Of a stretch of DNA of 64,000 nucleotides, positions 7,429 through 17,937 are shown in pieces. Position 1 is the first letter of the stretch; every line of letters starts with the position of its first letter. This DNA comes from an uncultured Candidatus Micrarchaeota archaeon (GTDB lineage: Archaea; Micrarchaeota; Micrarchaeia; Norongarragalinales; CAINOH01), in contig CAINOH010000023.1 in the NCBI GenBank assembly GCA_903851445.1, positions 10,518 through 74,517 on the forward strand. The letters run 5' to 3'. The notes under the pieces were generated by a model. That model was not told the DNA's origin. It ran no database searches and was given only the letters and a program-made list of their open reading frames with translations. The translations under genes were made by a program, and so were the position numbers.

Positions 7429-10400
7429 TTATTCCCTATAGGCGCGCACTGCGACAACAGTGCCAAGCAGCGCTATGAGCATCAGGACTGCAACCGGAAG
7501 GTTGTTGTCTATTGGCACGCTCGGGATGGACAGCGGCGACGTGGATCCTGATGAAGACGAGCCGGTGGTGCGCGCAAGGCCCACGTAATTGTTCCCGGCG
7601 ATGCCCTTGGTGCCGTCGGACGTCCCGTAGAAGCTCATGCCCTTGGACGCGAAGTCGCTGTTGAGGCTCAAGTCCTGGCCGTTGAGTATCTTTGCCAGGC
7701 CAGTAAGCGGGTCGAACACGAATATGCCGTTCTGGCCCTTGGCCGCAAGCAGGGTGGCGATTTCCCTGAACCCGTCGGGGCCCGTGACATTGATTTCGGG
7801 GAAGCCTGTTGTCGCGTTGGTGCCAAAGCCTATCTGGAAGTTGCCCTTCTCGGTCGGCACCGTGATGGTGCTCCCGTCCGAGGTGACGGCGCCCGTGATG
7901 CGGTATTCCGTGCACGTGCTCGTGTTCTTGTCGCAGACTTTGAGGATGTCCTCGCCTGCCGCGTTCTTGGTGAAGTAGTAGATGTGGTCAGCGGTCTCGA
8001 ACATCTGCATGCCGCCAGTGCCCTGCACCGTTGCAAGAGCCTTGTTCAGCTCGGCTACCGTGTCCTCCATCCCGCCCTTCGCGGTGAGGTTGGCTATCTT
8101 TATCGCGTTGTCGGTGCCGTTCTCGTTGGTGTTCTTGGTTGCCGTGACCGACACGCCCTTGACGCTCTTTGCAAAATCACCCTCGCCGAGTATGTAGAGC
8201 GCTGCAACCAGGCGGTTGTTGGCCGAGTCGTACTCAATCCTGCCGCGCTTGAAGATGATGGACTCAAGCTGGCCAGCGTCCACATCCTTATAGTTAGTAC
8301 CGGAAGTGAACCCTGAAAGCGTGACTGAAGCGTCACCCTTCACGTTGAGGAAGGCGGACTCGTACGCGGCCTCGTTTGTAAGCGTGCCGTTGTCAACCGA
8401 GGTTACAGCATCGACTGACGGCGACTGCACCTCCGTGCCGACCTTGCTCTTCGTCTGCGTCAGCGCGCCCTTCTGGATGTCGGTGCTTGTCACCTGCGTG
8501 CTGTTCTCGCTTATCGGGATTCCGCCAAGTGAATAGTAGCCCGGTCCAAGCGGGGAGATGGGCGTAGTCGTAGTCTGGGTGCCTGCTGTGAATATGAATC
8601 GTATGGGTTTTCCTGCTTCAAACAAGGCAATGCCGGTCGTGGTCTTGACTGCGGAAACCTCGCCCATAACCGAGCCTATGTCATCGCCGGTTATTGTGGA
8701 ACCCGAAAGTGCCGCAAGCTGGCTAACAAGACAATCAACAGTGGCGCAGCCAGGTGTGCCGATGACGTGCGCGTCGGTGCGGGCCTGCAGCATGACCGAG
8801 TCCGAGCCGCACGCAAGCTGGGCTGAAACGAGCGTGTTGGGTATCAGGGTCTTTGCAATGTCCTGCATCAGCGTCGACATAAGCGCGCGGTCGCGGTCGG
8901 AAAGCTGCGTCTTTGCGCCAGTCTTCTTGTCAATCAGGTAAGTCCCAGAGTCGGTCTGGCAAACCGCCATTGTCGTGCCATCCTCGCACGTCCTAAAGCA
9001 GCCGCCCTTCTCGAGGCTGTTGTAGATTCCCCAGCTTACCTCGCTCGCGCCGTCAAGGTGCAAGTAGTAAAGGTCTGACGGCTCCAACATGCCGCTCTGG
9101 CTGTCCATCGTCATGCGCGTGTTGATGATTTCAGTCTTCGCATCCGTACTGATTGAGTTCCCAACCCCCTTGAGCGCATCGCCAAAGCTCAGGTTGCCCA
9201 CAAGGCTGGAAGACTGTATCGGGTTAAGCTTCTGCGTAAGGGAGGCCAACGAGTTCTTCGGTTTCTTGTCAAGCTCCTGGTAGCCCACTATGGTGTAATC
9301 GGTGTCCTTGCAGGTGCGCGTGTACTCCAGACCCTGGCTTGCAAAATAGTTCTTGAGGAGCTCAGCTGGGCTTATTAGCCCGGAAATGGTGTTCAGCGCG
9401 TTCACAGCTTTCGTGTTCAAAGTGCCTTTCATTTTCTTAACAAGGCCTGCTGCCCAGCTTTCCGCCTCTGCGCCAAGCGAAATCTGCGCGATGTTGGATG
9501 CCTGCGAAAGCGCTGTTGCTGCAGCGTACTCGCTTATGTAGTTGGCAACACGTTCGTCGCTGCATACGTCATTCTTCGAGAAAGCAGTCGGGTCAACAAG
9601 GTATCGCACATAAAGGTCGTATACCAATATGCGGCTTACGGGCACTATTGCCGAATCAACAATGGCCTTGGAACCTACGAGCTTGAAGGAGATGATTGGG
9701 AAAAGCAGGCCCAGTGCGCCATACAGGTCGGGCCCGATGTCGTTCTGGTTCAATGCCGTGCCAAGGGACATGTTGCTTACATACAACGGCATGCGCGCGT
9801 ACTTCGGGTCGTCGCGCACGTCCTCGAAAACAGTGGCATCCGATTTTCCCTTCCAGTTCGACGTGACCTGCCAGCTTGCGGAATACCCTGACTCGGGTGA
9901 CTGGTACTCGAGAATTGTCGACGAGTCCGCTGTTGCCTGGATGTCCGTTGTGGTGTAAGGCGAGTTGATGAATATCATCGGCCCGACTCCGAAGGCCTCG
10001 CGAGGCGCGCTGAACCCAGTGAAGCTCGAAATTGTCTCGAGTATCTTGCCGGAAAGTGCCCAGTCTGTTGCAGTGCGGAATTCGGAAAGCACGTCGTTGC
10101 GGTTTATGTATATCGTCAGGTAATTGTCCGGCGCAATCTTTCCTGTGCTTGTGAGGGTCAGGCTGCGCGCAAGCGAGAGCGCCGCCCTGCCTGCACCCAG
10201 CCATGCGAATCCAAAGTAGAAGTTTGACATCAGCTTGCCTTCGATTACGTTGCGTATGGCGTCCTGGTTGTCCATCACGCCCTGGCTGACAACCGAATAC
10301 CGATTTTCGTAAACCCAGTCTTGGTCAGTGAAAGAGAGTTTATTGTTCACGTAGTCTCCGGGTGCGCCGCCTAAATTGTATCCGTCTAACACCTCGGCAA

Positions 10401-11901
10401 CTTCGGCATGCCCGCCACCCGTTTTCCGATTATTCAAGAATGCAGTAATTGCATTTGGTGTGCCATCCAGTGCTCCGTCTTTCTCGGCCTGGGTGACTGC
10501 ATATTTAAGATTTTTAACAGCGGTCGCGCGCTTGTCAAGTTCTGCAATCTTGGCAACTGAGGCCGCGCCCGTAGCGGTCTTCTCCGCTGCAATCGCTGTT
10601 TCTATTTCATCCAGCTTAGCAGTGAATGCTTTTGAGTCCTTAAACATGGCCGAGTTGTCCAGCAGACTGAAAATTGTGGCTTGGTTTGCGCCTCTATTCG
10701 TGATTTGCAAAGTGCCGGTTGCAGTCTCGCCGAAAAGCTGTTCCACTGAAGCGGCTCCGCCTGCTGTTGCACCTCCAAGGCCATAGGATTGTGAAAAGAG
10801 GGTGTACTTTGCATTTTGGAGCTTTGTATCCGCCAAATCGCGGTTCTCCTTCTTTATGGGGTCGTCCTTCATCTTCTTTGAGTAGTCCTTGAACTGCGCA
10901 ATCATGTATGCGGACTCCACTATGTTGAACACCGTGTCAATGGTCATTATCGTGCTCAGTGCAGAGACGAGGTTCTGGAAGCGCTTGGGCACCACGATGC
11001 TGCCGCCGCCATTGAGCGAAAGCGCAGCAATCGTGCTCTCTGCAGTCAGGTGCTGGTTGGACTTGAGCGCGGTTGATGAACGGTCGAAGCCAACTGAAAG
11101 GTCCTTGTCAAGCTCGGCCACGTAGGAGACGCGGCCCTGTATGAATGAACTGTCCAAGAGGCAGGCCTGTTGCTTGCCGTTGAGGTCCTCCATGGACAGC
11201 ACGTCGCTAAGTGAAAGTGTCTTCTGGTTTGGGAGTTTTATCTTGTAATTTGTGTATGCAGGCGCGTCGACATTTGAAAGCGTCGAGGAGCTAAGGAGGC
11301 TTGAAAAACTACCAAGAAAACCTGAGAGCGCGGGGTTCTTGTCAGCTTCTGCCTGGAACATCTGCATGCTGATGGTGCCGTTAGTTGGGTCAACTGCAAA
11401 GTCGTTGGCAACCTCGTCCGTGCTCTTGCCCAGGAGGCGCGCAACATCGGCAACCGAGACGCGCGTATTGGCGGGGGTGCTTGAACCCGTACTGATGTAG
11501 TTGTTCACAATCACCTGGCCGCCATTAGTCGCATTCGTAAAGGCAGTTGAGTCGCTTGTCTTGAGCGCGGAGTCGCTGAGGGAGTTCACCTCGTTGCCTA
11601 CAAAGCCGAGCGTGGAGTCCCAGATTAGCTTGACTTCGGAACCGGACTGCTGCGAGACCGTGCACGCGCCTGACGAGGTCACGGTTGAGGGAGTGGTGGC
11701 CTTTGCAATTGGAGCGGGAGTCGGGGTTGGGGTTGATGCGAACGAGACTGACTTGACCGCTACGACAGTTGATGCCGAGTCCTGCGCTCCTGTTTGCGCA
11801 AAGGACTGGGCGAATGAGAATGGCGAGAGCATCTCCATGCAGAGCACGAAGATGACGAACACTGAGAAGCCGCCGTAATAGGGCTCGTCTTTCGGAAACA
11901 T
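7429..11901 (-). CDS. giant surface protein (S-layer or adhesin candidate) with signal peptide and C-terminal TM anchor
   Basis: 1490 aa. The N-terminal signal-like segment is FSVFVIFVLCMEMLSPFSFAQSFA, followed by a TPTPTPAP linker and a Ser/Thr/Asn-rich body. The C-terminus is a Ser-rich linker plus LPVAVLMLIALLGTVVAVRAYRE. A TTTAAATA box lies 27-34 nt upstream of the ATG. Confidence 0.7.
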   Translation of the reverse strand: MFPKDEPYYGGFSVFVIFVLCMEMLSPFSFAQSFAQTGAQDSASTVVAVKSVSFASTPTPTPAPIAKATTPSTVTSSGACTVSQQSGSEVKLIWDSTLGFVGNEVNSLSDSALKTSDSTAFTNATNGGQVIVNNYISTGSSTPANTRVSVADVARLLGKSTDEVANDFAVDPTNGTISMQMFQAEADKNPALSGFLGSFSSLLSSSTLSNVDAPAYTNYKIKLPNQKTLSLSDVLSMEDLNGKQQACLLDSSFIQGRVSYVAELDKDLSVGFDRSSTALKSNQHLTAESTIAALSLNGGGSIVVPKRFQNLVSALSTIMTIDTVFNIVESAYMIAQFKDYSKKMKDDPIKKENRDLADTKLQNAKYTLFSQSYGLGGATAGGAASVEQLFGETATGTLQITNRGANQATIFSLLDNSAMFKDSKAFTAKLDEIETAIAAEKTATGAASVAKIAELDKRATAVKNLKYAVTQAEKDGALDGTPNAITAFLNNRKTGGGHAEVAEVLDGYNLGGAPGDYVNNKLSFTDQDWVYENRYSVVSQGVMDNQDAIRNVIEGKLMSNFYFGFAWLGAGRAALSLARSLTLTSTGKIAPDNYLTIYINRNDVLSEFRTATDWALSGKILETISSFTGFSAPREAFGVGPMIFINSPYTTTDIQATADSSTILEYQSPESGYSASWQVTSNWKGKSDATVFEDVRDDPKYARMPLYVSNMSLGTALNQNDIGPDLYGALGLLFPIISFKLVGSKAIVDSAIVPVSRILVYDLYVRYLVDPTAFSKNDVCSDERVANYISEYAAATALSQASNIAQISLGAEAESWAAGLVKKMKGTLNTKAVNALNTISGLISPAELLKNYFASQGLEYTRTCKDTDYTIVGYQELDKKPKNSLASLTQKLNPIQSSSLVGNLSFGDALKGVGNSISTDAKTEIINTRMTMDSQSGMLEPSDLYYLHLDGASEVSWGIYNSLEKGGCFRTCEDGTTMAVCQTDSGTYLIDKKTGAKTQLSDRDRALMSTLMQDIAKTLIPNTLVSAQLACGSDSVMLQARTDAHVIGTPGCATVDCLVSQLAALSGSTITGDDIGSVMGEVSAVKTTTGIALFEAGKPIRFIFTAGTQTTTTPISPLGPGYYSLGGIPISENSTQVTSTDIQKGALTQTKSKVGTEVQSPSVDAVTSVDNGTLTNEAAYESAFLNVKGDASVTLSGFTSGTNYKDVDAGQLESIIFKRGRIEYDSANNRLVAALYILGEGDFAKSVKGVSVTATKNTNENGTDNAIKIANLTAKGGMEDTVAELNKALATVQGTGGMQMFETADHIYYFTKNAAGEDILKVCDKNTSTCTEYRITGAVTSDGSTITVPTEKGNFQIGFGTNATTGFPEINVTGPDGFREIATLLAAKGQNGIFVFDPLTGLAKILNGQDLSLNSDFASKGMSFYGTSDGTKGIAGNNYVGLARTTGSSSSGSTSPLSIPSVPIDNNLPVAVLMLIALLGTVVAVRAYRE

Positions 11902-11927
11902 ACAGTATAGGATAATCCGTTGGGTCG

Positions 11928-11935
11928 TTTAAATA
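11928..11935 (-). promoter_or_regulatory. TATA box candidate for the 1490-aa gene (leaderless-type spacing)
   Basis: TTTAAATA (TATTTAAA on the minus strand) lies 27-34 nt upstream of ATG 11901 and matches the archaeal TTTAWATA consensus. Confidence 0.4.
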
Positions 11936-11961
11936 CTATCGCGATAAAACAGGAAACGGGG

Positions 11962-11979
11962 AAAAAGGGGGATAAAAAA
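11962..11979 (-). terminator. oligo-T terminator candidate after atpD
   Basis: The minus strand reads CTTTTTTATCCCCCTTTTTCC 10-28 nt after the atpD stop. Archaeal terminators are T-runs. Confidence 0.35.
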
Positions 11980-11989
11980 GAAACGGCAT

Positions 11990-12703
11990 CTAGGCCGCAA
12001 CAACCCTTGCCTTTGGCCGCTTTGGAACCGTGGCAGCCGCCTTTTCTGCAGTCTTTGCCTCCTCTTCGGCTTCGGCCTTGCGCTCGAGCCTGCGCTTGGT
12101 GACCTTGAGCGCGTAGAACTGCTCGCTCTCGAGCCTGTTCAGGTGGAGCTTGATTACGCGCGCGGTCTCGCGCAGCTCGGGCTGCACGCGGTACTCGAGC
12201 GCGTTTACCCGTCTGTTGGTCTTCTCAATCTCGTTGAGCAGGCGCTTGAGCGCGGTCTCGGTCTCGGCAACAAGGATGGCCTTCTCGAGCACGTCGGAGA
12301 AGAGTTCTATTGCGTAGTCCAAACGGGCGCTCGTGTCGGCGTAGTCGTACCCGCGCTCGGCAAGACCCTTCTTTACGTAGCGGCCCTCGATTGCGGGTAT
12401 GCGGACGCCCATGATGTTGCGCACGCTCACGTTAATCTCGGGAGGCTCCTCGGTGGTCAGCGCGATTACCGCAAGGTTGGAGTCGGAGTGGATGCACTCG
12501 GCAACCGCAAGCGCGCTGTACGCCAGCACGGTCTGCCGGTCAAGCTCGGTCCGCAGGTCGCTGGCCTTCTTGACTATCTCGAAGAACTTCAGCACCAGCG
12601 CGTCGCGCTTCTGCGCGAGGATCTTGTGGCCCTTCGACGCCAGGGCTAGCTTGTGCTTGGTCTCTATGAGGCCCATCCGCGTCGGTTTAACGTTGTCCGC
12701 CAT
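11990..12703 (-). CDS. atpD: A-type (V-type) ATP synthase subunit D
   Basis: 237 aa starting MADNVKPTRMGLIETKHKLALASKGHKILAQKRDAL, typical of subunit D. It is the last gene of the operon. Confidence 0.9.
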   Translation of the reverse strand: MADNVKPTRMGLIETKHKLALASKGHKILAQKRDALVLKFFEIVKKASDLRTELDRQTVLAYSALAVAECIHSDSNLAVIALTTEEPPEINVSVRNIMGVRIPAIEGRYVKKGLAERGYDYADTSARLDYAIELFSDVLEKAILVAETETALKRLLNEIEKTNRRVNALEYRVQPELRETARVIKLHLNRLESEQFYALKVTKRRLERKAEAEEEAKTAEKAAATVPKRPKARVVAA

Positions 12704-12734
12704 CCAGTTTTTGCACCGCCCTAAATGTTAGGCA

Positions 12735-14156
12735 CTACGCCTTCTCCGCAGCTGCGGGCTTCTCCGGTTTCTTGAGGTACTTCTTTATGTGGTCGGACTT
12801 GACCCTCTTGAGGTCATCTTCCGGAATCATGGAAAGCAGGTCCCAGCCCATTGTAAGCGAGTCCTCTATTGTCCTGTTCTCGGTGCGCGACTGCGACACG
12901 AACCGGTTCTCGAAAGCGTCGGTGAAGCGCAGGTACTTCTTGTCCCGCTCAGTAAGCGCGTCCTCCCCGACGACCACGACCAGGTTGCGCAGGTCCATAC
13001 CTTCCGCGTAAGCGGCGTAAAGCTGAGACGCCACGCCAGCGTGGTCCTCGCGCGTCTTCTCAGGGCCTATTCCCTGGTTCATGAGGCGCGAAAGCGACGG
13101 GAGCACGTTGAGGTTGGGGTAGATGTGCCGATTGTGGAGTTCGCGCGAAAGCACGAGCTGGCCTTCGGTGATGTACCCAGTAAGGTCGGGAATCGGGTGG
13201 GTGATGTCCTCGTCGGGCATCGTGAGTATGGGCATCTGCGTGACAGTACCCTTCTTTCCCTTTATCTGGCCGGCCCTCTCGTAAATCTGCGAAAGGTCGG
13301 TGTACATGTAGCCGGGATAGCCGCGCCTTCCGGGCACCTCCTGCCTTGCAGCTGCGATTTCGCGCAGCGCGTCACAGTAGTTCGTCATGTCGGTGAGGAT
13401 TACCAGCACCTGCGAGTCCTTCTCAAAAGCAAGGTACTCCGCGGCGGTGAGCGCGAGCCGCGGGGTGATAATGCGCTCGATGCTCGGGTCGCTTGCGAGG
13501 TTGAGGAAGAGCACCGACCTCTCGAGCGCACCGCTCTTTTCGAAGTTGCTCGTGAAGAAGCGCGCCTCGGAGTAGGTGATTCCCATTGCAGCGAACACGA
13601 CTACGAAGTCCTGCTTGTCCGAGCCCTTCTTTGAGCGCACCGTGCTCTGCCCGGCAATCTGCACTGCAAGGTCGTTGTGGGGAAGGCCGGATGCGGAGAA
13701 TATGGGCAGCTTCTGGCCGCGGATAAGTGTGTTGGTCACGTCTATTGTGCTGATGCCGGTCTGGATGAAGTCGGAGAGCGCGGCCCGCGACGCTGGGTTG
13801 ATTGCGCTGCCGTTGATGTCAATCTTTTCGGATGAGAGTATCTCGGTGCCGCCGTCAATTGGCTCGCCAAGGCCGTTGAACGTGCGGCCAAGCATATCCT
13901 CGCTTACGGGCATGCGCATCGTCTCGCCCGAGAACCGGACCACCGTCTTTTCGACGTCAAGCCCGCTGGTCTGGCCGAACACCTGCACAGCGGCGTAGCC
14001 GCGCGCGGTCTCAAGAACCTGGCCCTTCTTCTTCTCGCCGTTAGGCATCACTATCTCGACAATCTCGCCGTAGGCGGCGTCGGAGACGCGGTCTACGAAC
14101 ACGATTGGCCCGAACACTTGCTTTACCGTCTGGAACTCGTGGATCATCCTTGGCAT
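12735..14156 (-). CDS. atpB: A-type ATP synthase subunit B
   Basis: About 473 aa, collinear with A1 subunit B ([32 protein letters not shown]). ATG at 14156; the track start is GTG one codon upstream. Confidence 0.92.
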   Translation of the reverse strand: MPRMIHEFQTVKQVFGPIVFVDRVSDAAYGEIVEIVMPNGEKKKGQVLETARGYAAVQVFGQTSGLDVEKTVVRFSGETMRMPVSEDMLGRTFNGLGEPIDGGTEILSSEKIDINGSAINPASRAALSDFIQTGISTIDVTNTLIRGQKLPIFSASGLPHNDLAVQIAGQSTVRSKKGSDKQDFVVVFAAMGITYSEARFFTSNFEKSGALERSVLFLNLASDPSIERIITPRLALTAAEYLAFEKDSQVLVILTDMTNYCDALREIAAARQEVPGRRGYPGYMYTDLSQIYERAGQIKGKKGTVTQMPILTMPDEDITHPIPDLTGYITEGQLVLSRELHNRHIYPNLNVLPSLSRLMNQGIGPEKTREDHAGVASQLYAAYAEGMDLRNLVVVVGEDALTERDKKYLRFTDAFENRFVSQSRTENRTIEDSLTMGWDLLSMIPEDDLKRVKSDHIKKYLKKPEKPAAAEKA

Positions 14157-14190
14157 CACAACCTTCTTTTTTCAATAAACCCCAAAAACA

Positions 14191-15918
14191 TTACGAAGAA
14201 AGCGTGGCGTCGATGGACGCCAGGGCCTCCTTCACCTTGTGCTCGATTTCCTTCTCCGGCACGCCCTTGAGCTTTGATATCAGGACCTTGGCCGGGGATG
14301 ATACTATCTTCGACAACGGCACCTCGGCGTCAAGCGCCCTTGTTGCCATGTGGGAAAAGTGCAGCATCGTCTTGAGCATCAGGTACTGCTTGCGCAGCGA
14401 CGTGTACGCGTCAACCTCATCGTAGGAGTTCTGCTGCAAGAAGTCCTCGCGGATCATCTTGGTGACCTCGAGAACCATGCGCTCGCGGTCAGGAAGCGCG
14501 TCCGGGCCTATGAGCTGGACGATGTTCTGGAGCTCGGCTTCCTTCGTAAGCAGCGCCATTGCCTCTATCCTCTGGGCATCGTAGTCCTCGGCAACGTTCT
14601 TTGCAAACCAGGGTGCGAGGACGTCCGAGTAGAGCGAGTAGCTCTTAAGCCAGTTGATTGCTGGGTAGTGCCTCCTCCGGGAAAGTGACGAGTCGAGCGC
14701 CCAGAATACCTTGGTGATGCGGAAAGTTCCCTGCGAGACCGGCTCCGACGTGTCCCCGCCTGCGGGTGAGATTGCGCCGATTACCGATATCGAGCCTTCG
14801 CGCTTTCCCTTGCTTCCAAGGCACACGACGCGTCCTGCCCGCTCGTAGAACTCCGCGAGCTTGCGCGCAAGGTATGCGGGATAGCCTTCCTCCCCGGGCA
14901 TCTCTTCCATGCGTCCGGAGATTTCGCGCAAAGCCTCCGCCCACCTGCTTGTGGAGTCTGCCATCAGCGCAACAGCGTAGCCCATATCGCGGTAGTATTC
15001 CGCAAGCGTGATTCCTGTGTAGATGCTGGCCTCACGGGCTGCTACGGGCATATTGGAGGTGTTCGCAACGAGAATGGTGCGGTCCATGAGGGGCTTGCCT
15101 GTGAGCGGGTCTTTTAGGTGCGGGAATTCCGAGAGCACTTCGGACATCTCGTTCCCACGCTCCCCGCATCCAATGTAGACTATGATGTCGGCGTCGGAGT
15201 ACTTTGCAAGGTCGGTCTGGGTGACGGTTTTCCCCGAACCGAACGGACCGGGAATGCATGCCGAGCCGCCTTTTGCCATCGGGAAGAGCGAGTCGAAGAT
15301 GCGCTTGCCTGTGATTAGCGGCGGCTCGATGTCCTTTTTGCTTTCGGACTTTCTTGGAGTGCGCACGGGCCACTTCTGGAGCATGGTCACGTCGGTCTTT
15401 CCAATCGAGCAGATGACGTCGGTTACCTTGTAGTTGCCGCTTGTTATGCCCGAGACTTTGCCGGACACACCTGCGGGAACCATTATCCTGTGCTCTATGT
15501 TCTTCTCCTTGACTGTTCCGAGGATGTGGCCTTCGTGAACCGTGTCGCCGTTCTTTACCTTGGCCTCGAATTTCCATACTGCCTTGCGGTCAAGCGACGG
15601 CACTTCGATGCCGCGCGTGATGAAGTCTCCTGCTTCGCTGCGTATCTTCTCAAGCGGACGCTGGGTTCCGTCGAACACCGACGAAAGGAGCCCCGGCCCG
15701 AGCTCGACCGAGAGCGGAAGGCCAGTTGACTCGACCTTCTCGTCCGGCCGCAGGCCCGAGGTCTCCTCGTACACCTGGATGCTGGCCTCGTCGCCCTTGA
15801 GGGCGATTATCTCGCCTATGAGCCTCTGCTTGCCTATGCGCACAAGCTCGTTTATCTTGCTGCCAGTCATGCCGTCCGCAACGACTACAGGCCCGGAAAT
15901 CTTCTTGAGTTTGCCCAT
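14191..15918 (-). CDS. atpA: A-type ATP synthase catalytic subunit A
   Basis: 575 aa with Walker [10 protein letters not shown], plus the blocks GERGNEM and [14 protein letters not shown]. The size is normal, so there is no intein. Confidence 0.95.
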   Translation of the reverse strand: MGKLKKISGPVVVADGMTGSKINELVRIGKQRLIGEIIALKGDEASIQVYEETSGLRPDEKVESTGLPLSVELGPGLLSSVFDGTQRPLEKIRSEAGDFITRGIEVPSLDRKAVWKFEAKVKNGDTVHEGHILGTVKEKNIEHRIMVPAGVSGKVSGITSGNYKVTDVICSIGKTDVTMLQKWPVRTPRKSESKKDIEPPLITGKRIFDSLFPMAKGGSACIPGPFGSGKTVTQTDLAKYSDADIIVYIGCGERGNEMSEVLSEFPHLKDPLTGKPLMDRTILVANTSNMPVAAREASIYTGITLAEYYRDMGYAVALMADSTSRWAEALREISGRMEEMPGEEGYPAYLARKLAEFYERAGRVVCLGSKGKREGSISVIGAISPAGGDTSEPVSQGTFRITKVFWALDSSLSRRRHYPAINWLKSYSLYSDVLAPWFAKNVAEDYDAQRIEAMALLTKEAELQNIVQLIGPDALPDRERMVLEVTKMIREDFLQQNSYDEVDAYTSLRKQYLMLKTMLHFSHMATRALDAEVPLSKIVSSPAKVLISKLKGVPEKEIEHKVKEALASIDATLSS

Positions 15919-15965
15919 GTGTCCATCATCACCGTTTCATCGTGTCTTCCATAAATGCAAATCCA

Positions 15966-16283
15966 CTATATCTTCAGCTCTACTCCGATTGCCTTCTTTA
16001 TCATCGCGGCAAGGTTGTTCGAGCCCTGCTTGGAGCTTCCGGCCTTGCCGGGGATGAGCACCACAACGGGCTTTGCCGTTGCCTCGACCCTCTTCTTGGT
16101 CTTTAGCGAGAAGTTCTCGTAGAAGTCGTCCAGAAGTATTATCATGCCGGAGTCCTCCGAGTCCATCGCCTTCTTCAACTCGTCCTCGGCTGTCTTTTCG
16201 TTGGCAAGCACTGCGTCGCGCACGCCAAGAAGGGAGAAGCCCTGTATCATCTCGTGGTCGCCGATTACCTTTATCTTACTCAT
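15966..16283 (-). CDS. atpF: A-type ATP synthase subunit F
   Basis: 105 aa from the internal ATG (MSKIKVIGDHEMIQGFSLLGV...). It overlaps the atpC stop as ATGA. The 103-codon upstream extension in the track lies inside atpC. Confidence 0.85.
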   Translation of the reverse strand: MSKIKVIGDHEMIQGFSLLGVRDAVLANEKTAEDELKKAMDSEDSGMIILLDDFYENFSLKTKKRVEATAKPVVVLIPGKAGSSKQGSNNLAAMIKKAIGVELKI

Positions 16284-17323
16284 CCTGATGCACCGACATC
16301 GCCCTTGAGCGTGTAAACTGACTTGCGGAACGCGTCCCTCGAGGGGAACTGTAATGAAAGCGCTATGGCGCGGAGGTTCGCTATCTCGCGCCTCTTGAGG
16401 AAGATGTAGCCGAAGATTGCGCCAAGCGAAAGCACGCTTATGCGGGTTTCCTTGAGTATGCGCGAGAACATGCGCCGCTCGAGCATTAGCTCGACTTCCC
16501 ATATGTTCTTGCTTTCGGCGTAGGCGGCTGAAAGCCCGGGAAGCTTGAAGGACTTCTCGATAAGCGCAACTGCCGAGGCCGTGTCGCCGCACTTTGCAAT
16601 CTGCATTGCAAGCGAGGCAGCTGACGGCTTCACAAGCTCCTTGTGGATGCCGCGCTCGTCAACCCCCGCGTTCCTCAACCGCAGCGCTGTTGACGTGTTG
16701 AAGAAGTCCAACTCGGCCTGCAGTATGTGCCGCACCTCGTGGTCGGGCTCCTTCTTCGCAAAATCGGAAATGTTCTCGTAGTAGTGCCGGCCTATCATGC
16801 GAAGCGCGACCCGGAAGTCCTTGGAGCGGGAATACTCCGCGTAGGCCTTTATGGATATGGCTTTGTAGCCCACGCTTGACAGTGCCTGCAGCGCCTTCCC
16901 AAAGTCAGGCGCGTCCATAAGCACTTTGGCCTTCTCCTTTCCAGCAACGTCAAGGAAATCTATGTAAAGCGGGTCTACGGGGAGCGATGACGCCTTGGCC
17001 GCCAAGATGACCTGCAGGGGCTTGAGCTCCCACAGGGAAATCAGCGAGTTGAGCCGCTCCTTGCCGTTGTCGGGAATCATGCGCTTTATCTTGGCTATTG
17101 TCTTGTCGGATTCCATCCGGAGAGCGGCCATCACGAGCTTGATACCTTCCTCGCGCGTTGACGCATCCACGAACGACTGCTTGTACGTCGTGTTCTCAAG
17201 CATGTCGATGTACTCCGAAAGCGTGCTCACGCTGAAGAGCCCGCGCAGGGTCTCCTCATCCAAGAGGCAGCACTTCATCGCCTTTACCCTGGCGTTCACA
17301 TATCCGTATGAAAGGTCTACCAA
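16280..17323 (-). CDS. atpC: A-type ATP synthase subunit C
   Basis: 347 aa starting MVDLSYGYVNARVKAMKCCLL, typical of subunit C (d-like). It uses a TTG start. Confidence 0.85.
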   Translation of the reverse strand: MVDLSYGYVNARVKAMKCCLLDEETLRGLFSVSTLSEYIDMLENTTYKQSFVDASTREEGIKLVMAALRMESDKTIAKIKRMIPDNGKERLNSLISLWELKPLQVILAAKASSLPVDPLYIDFLDVAGKEKAKVLMDAPDFGKALQALSSVGYKAISIKAYAEYSRSKDFRVALRMIGRHYYENISDFAKKEPDHEVRHILQAELDFFNTSTALRLRNAGVDERGIHKELVKPSAASLAMQIAKCGDTASAVALIEKSFKLPGLSAAYAESKNIWEVELMLERRMFSRILKETRISVLSLGAIFGYIFLKRREIANLRAIALSLQFPSRDAFRKSVYTLKGDVGASG

Positions 17324-17363
17324 GTCAATGACACCATAACCGTTTGGCCGGATTTGCGGCCAT

Positions 17364-17924
17364 TCACTTTTTCATCATCCTGCGGGCCTCGCTGATAATC
17401 TCCTGCTCGCGTTCGGAGAACGCCGCATCGAATGTGCTGTCGGCGCGGATGCGGCCGTCTTTCGAGGCGACTATAACCCCGCCGTCGCAGTCAAGCGCGT
17501 TCTTTGCAAGGGGGCCGAACTTCTTGGCAACTGCGGCGTCGCGCTTGTTGGCGTAAATCACGTAATCGCCGCCCACGAGCGCTTTCCCCTGCTCAACGGC
17601 CTTCTTGATGTACCGCTCGTACGCCTTCTTGTCGCGGTGCGCCGTCCCGAGCTTTTCGCGCACATTCCTCGCGACCTGGACGTAAAGCTCCATCTCTATG
17701 AGCAAACGGACCCTCTCGGCATCAATCTTCGCAAGGCTGGACGAGCGCATAATGCGCTCGGCGTCCTTCTTCGCCCGGGCGTCCTCCTCGCGCTCAAGCT
17801 CGACAGCGTCGGCCTTGGCCTTCGAGGCTATCCTGTCCGCCTGCTTCTTGGCGTCGGAGAGGATGGCTGCGGCCTCGGCCTTGGCGTCGCCCTCAAGGTC
17901 CCTTATGATGTGCTCGATGCCCAT
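17364..17924 (-). CDS. atpE: A-type ATP synthase subunit E
   Basis: 186 aa. A charged coiled-coil N-terminal half and a globular C-terminal half, together with the operon position, match subunit E. Confidence 0.8.
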   Translation of the reverse strand: MGIEHIIRDLEGDAKAEAAAILSDAKKQADRIASKAKADAVELEREEDARAKKDAERIMRSSSLAKIDAERVRLLIEMELYVQVARNVREKLGTAHRDKKAYERYIKKAVEQGKALVGGDYVIYANKRDAAVAKKFGPLAKNALDCDGGVIVASKDGRIRADSTFDAAFSEREQEIISEARRMMKK

Positions 17925-17937
17925 TTTCGCTCCTCAC

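Noticed and set aside
16284-16592. The 103-codon N-terminal extension of the atpF ORF (15966..16592).
   Set aside because: It lies within atpC in another frame. Subunit F homology begins at the internal ATG (MSKIKVIGD), which overlaps the atpC stop as ATGA.
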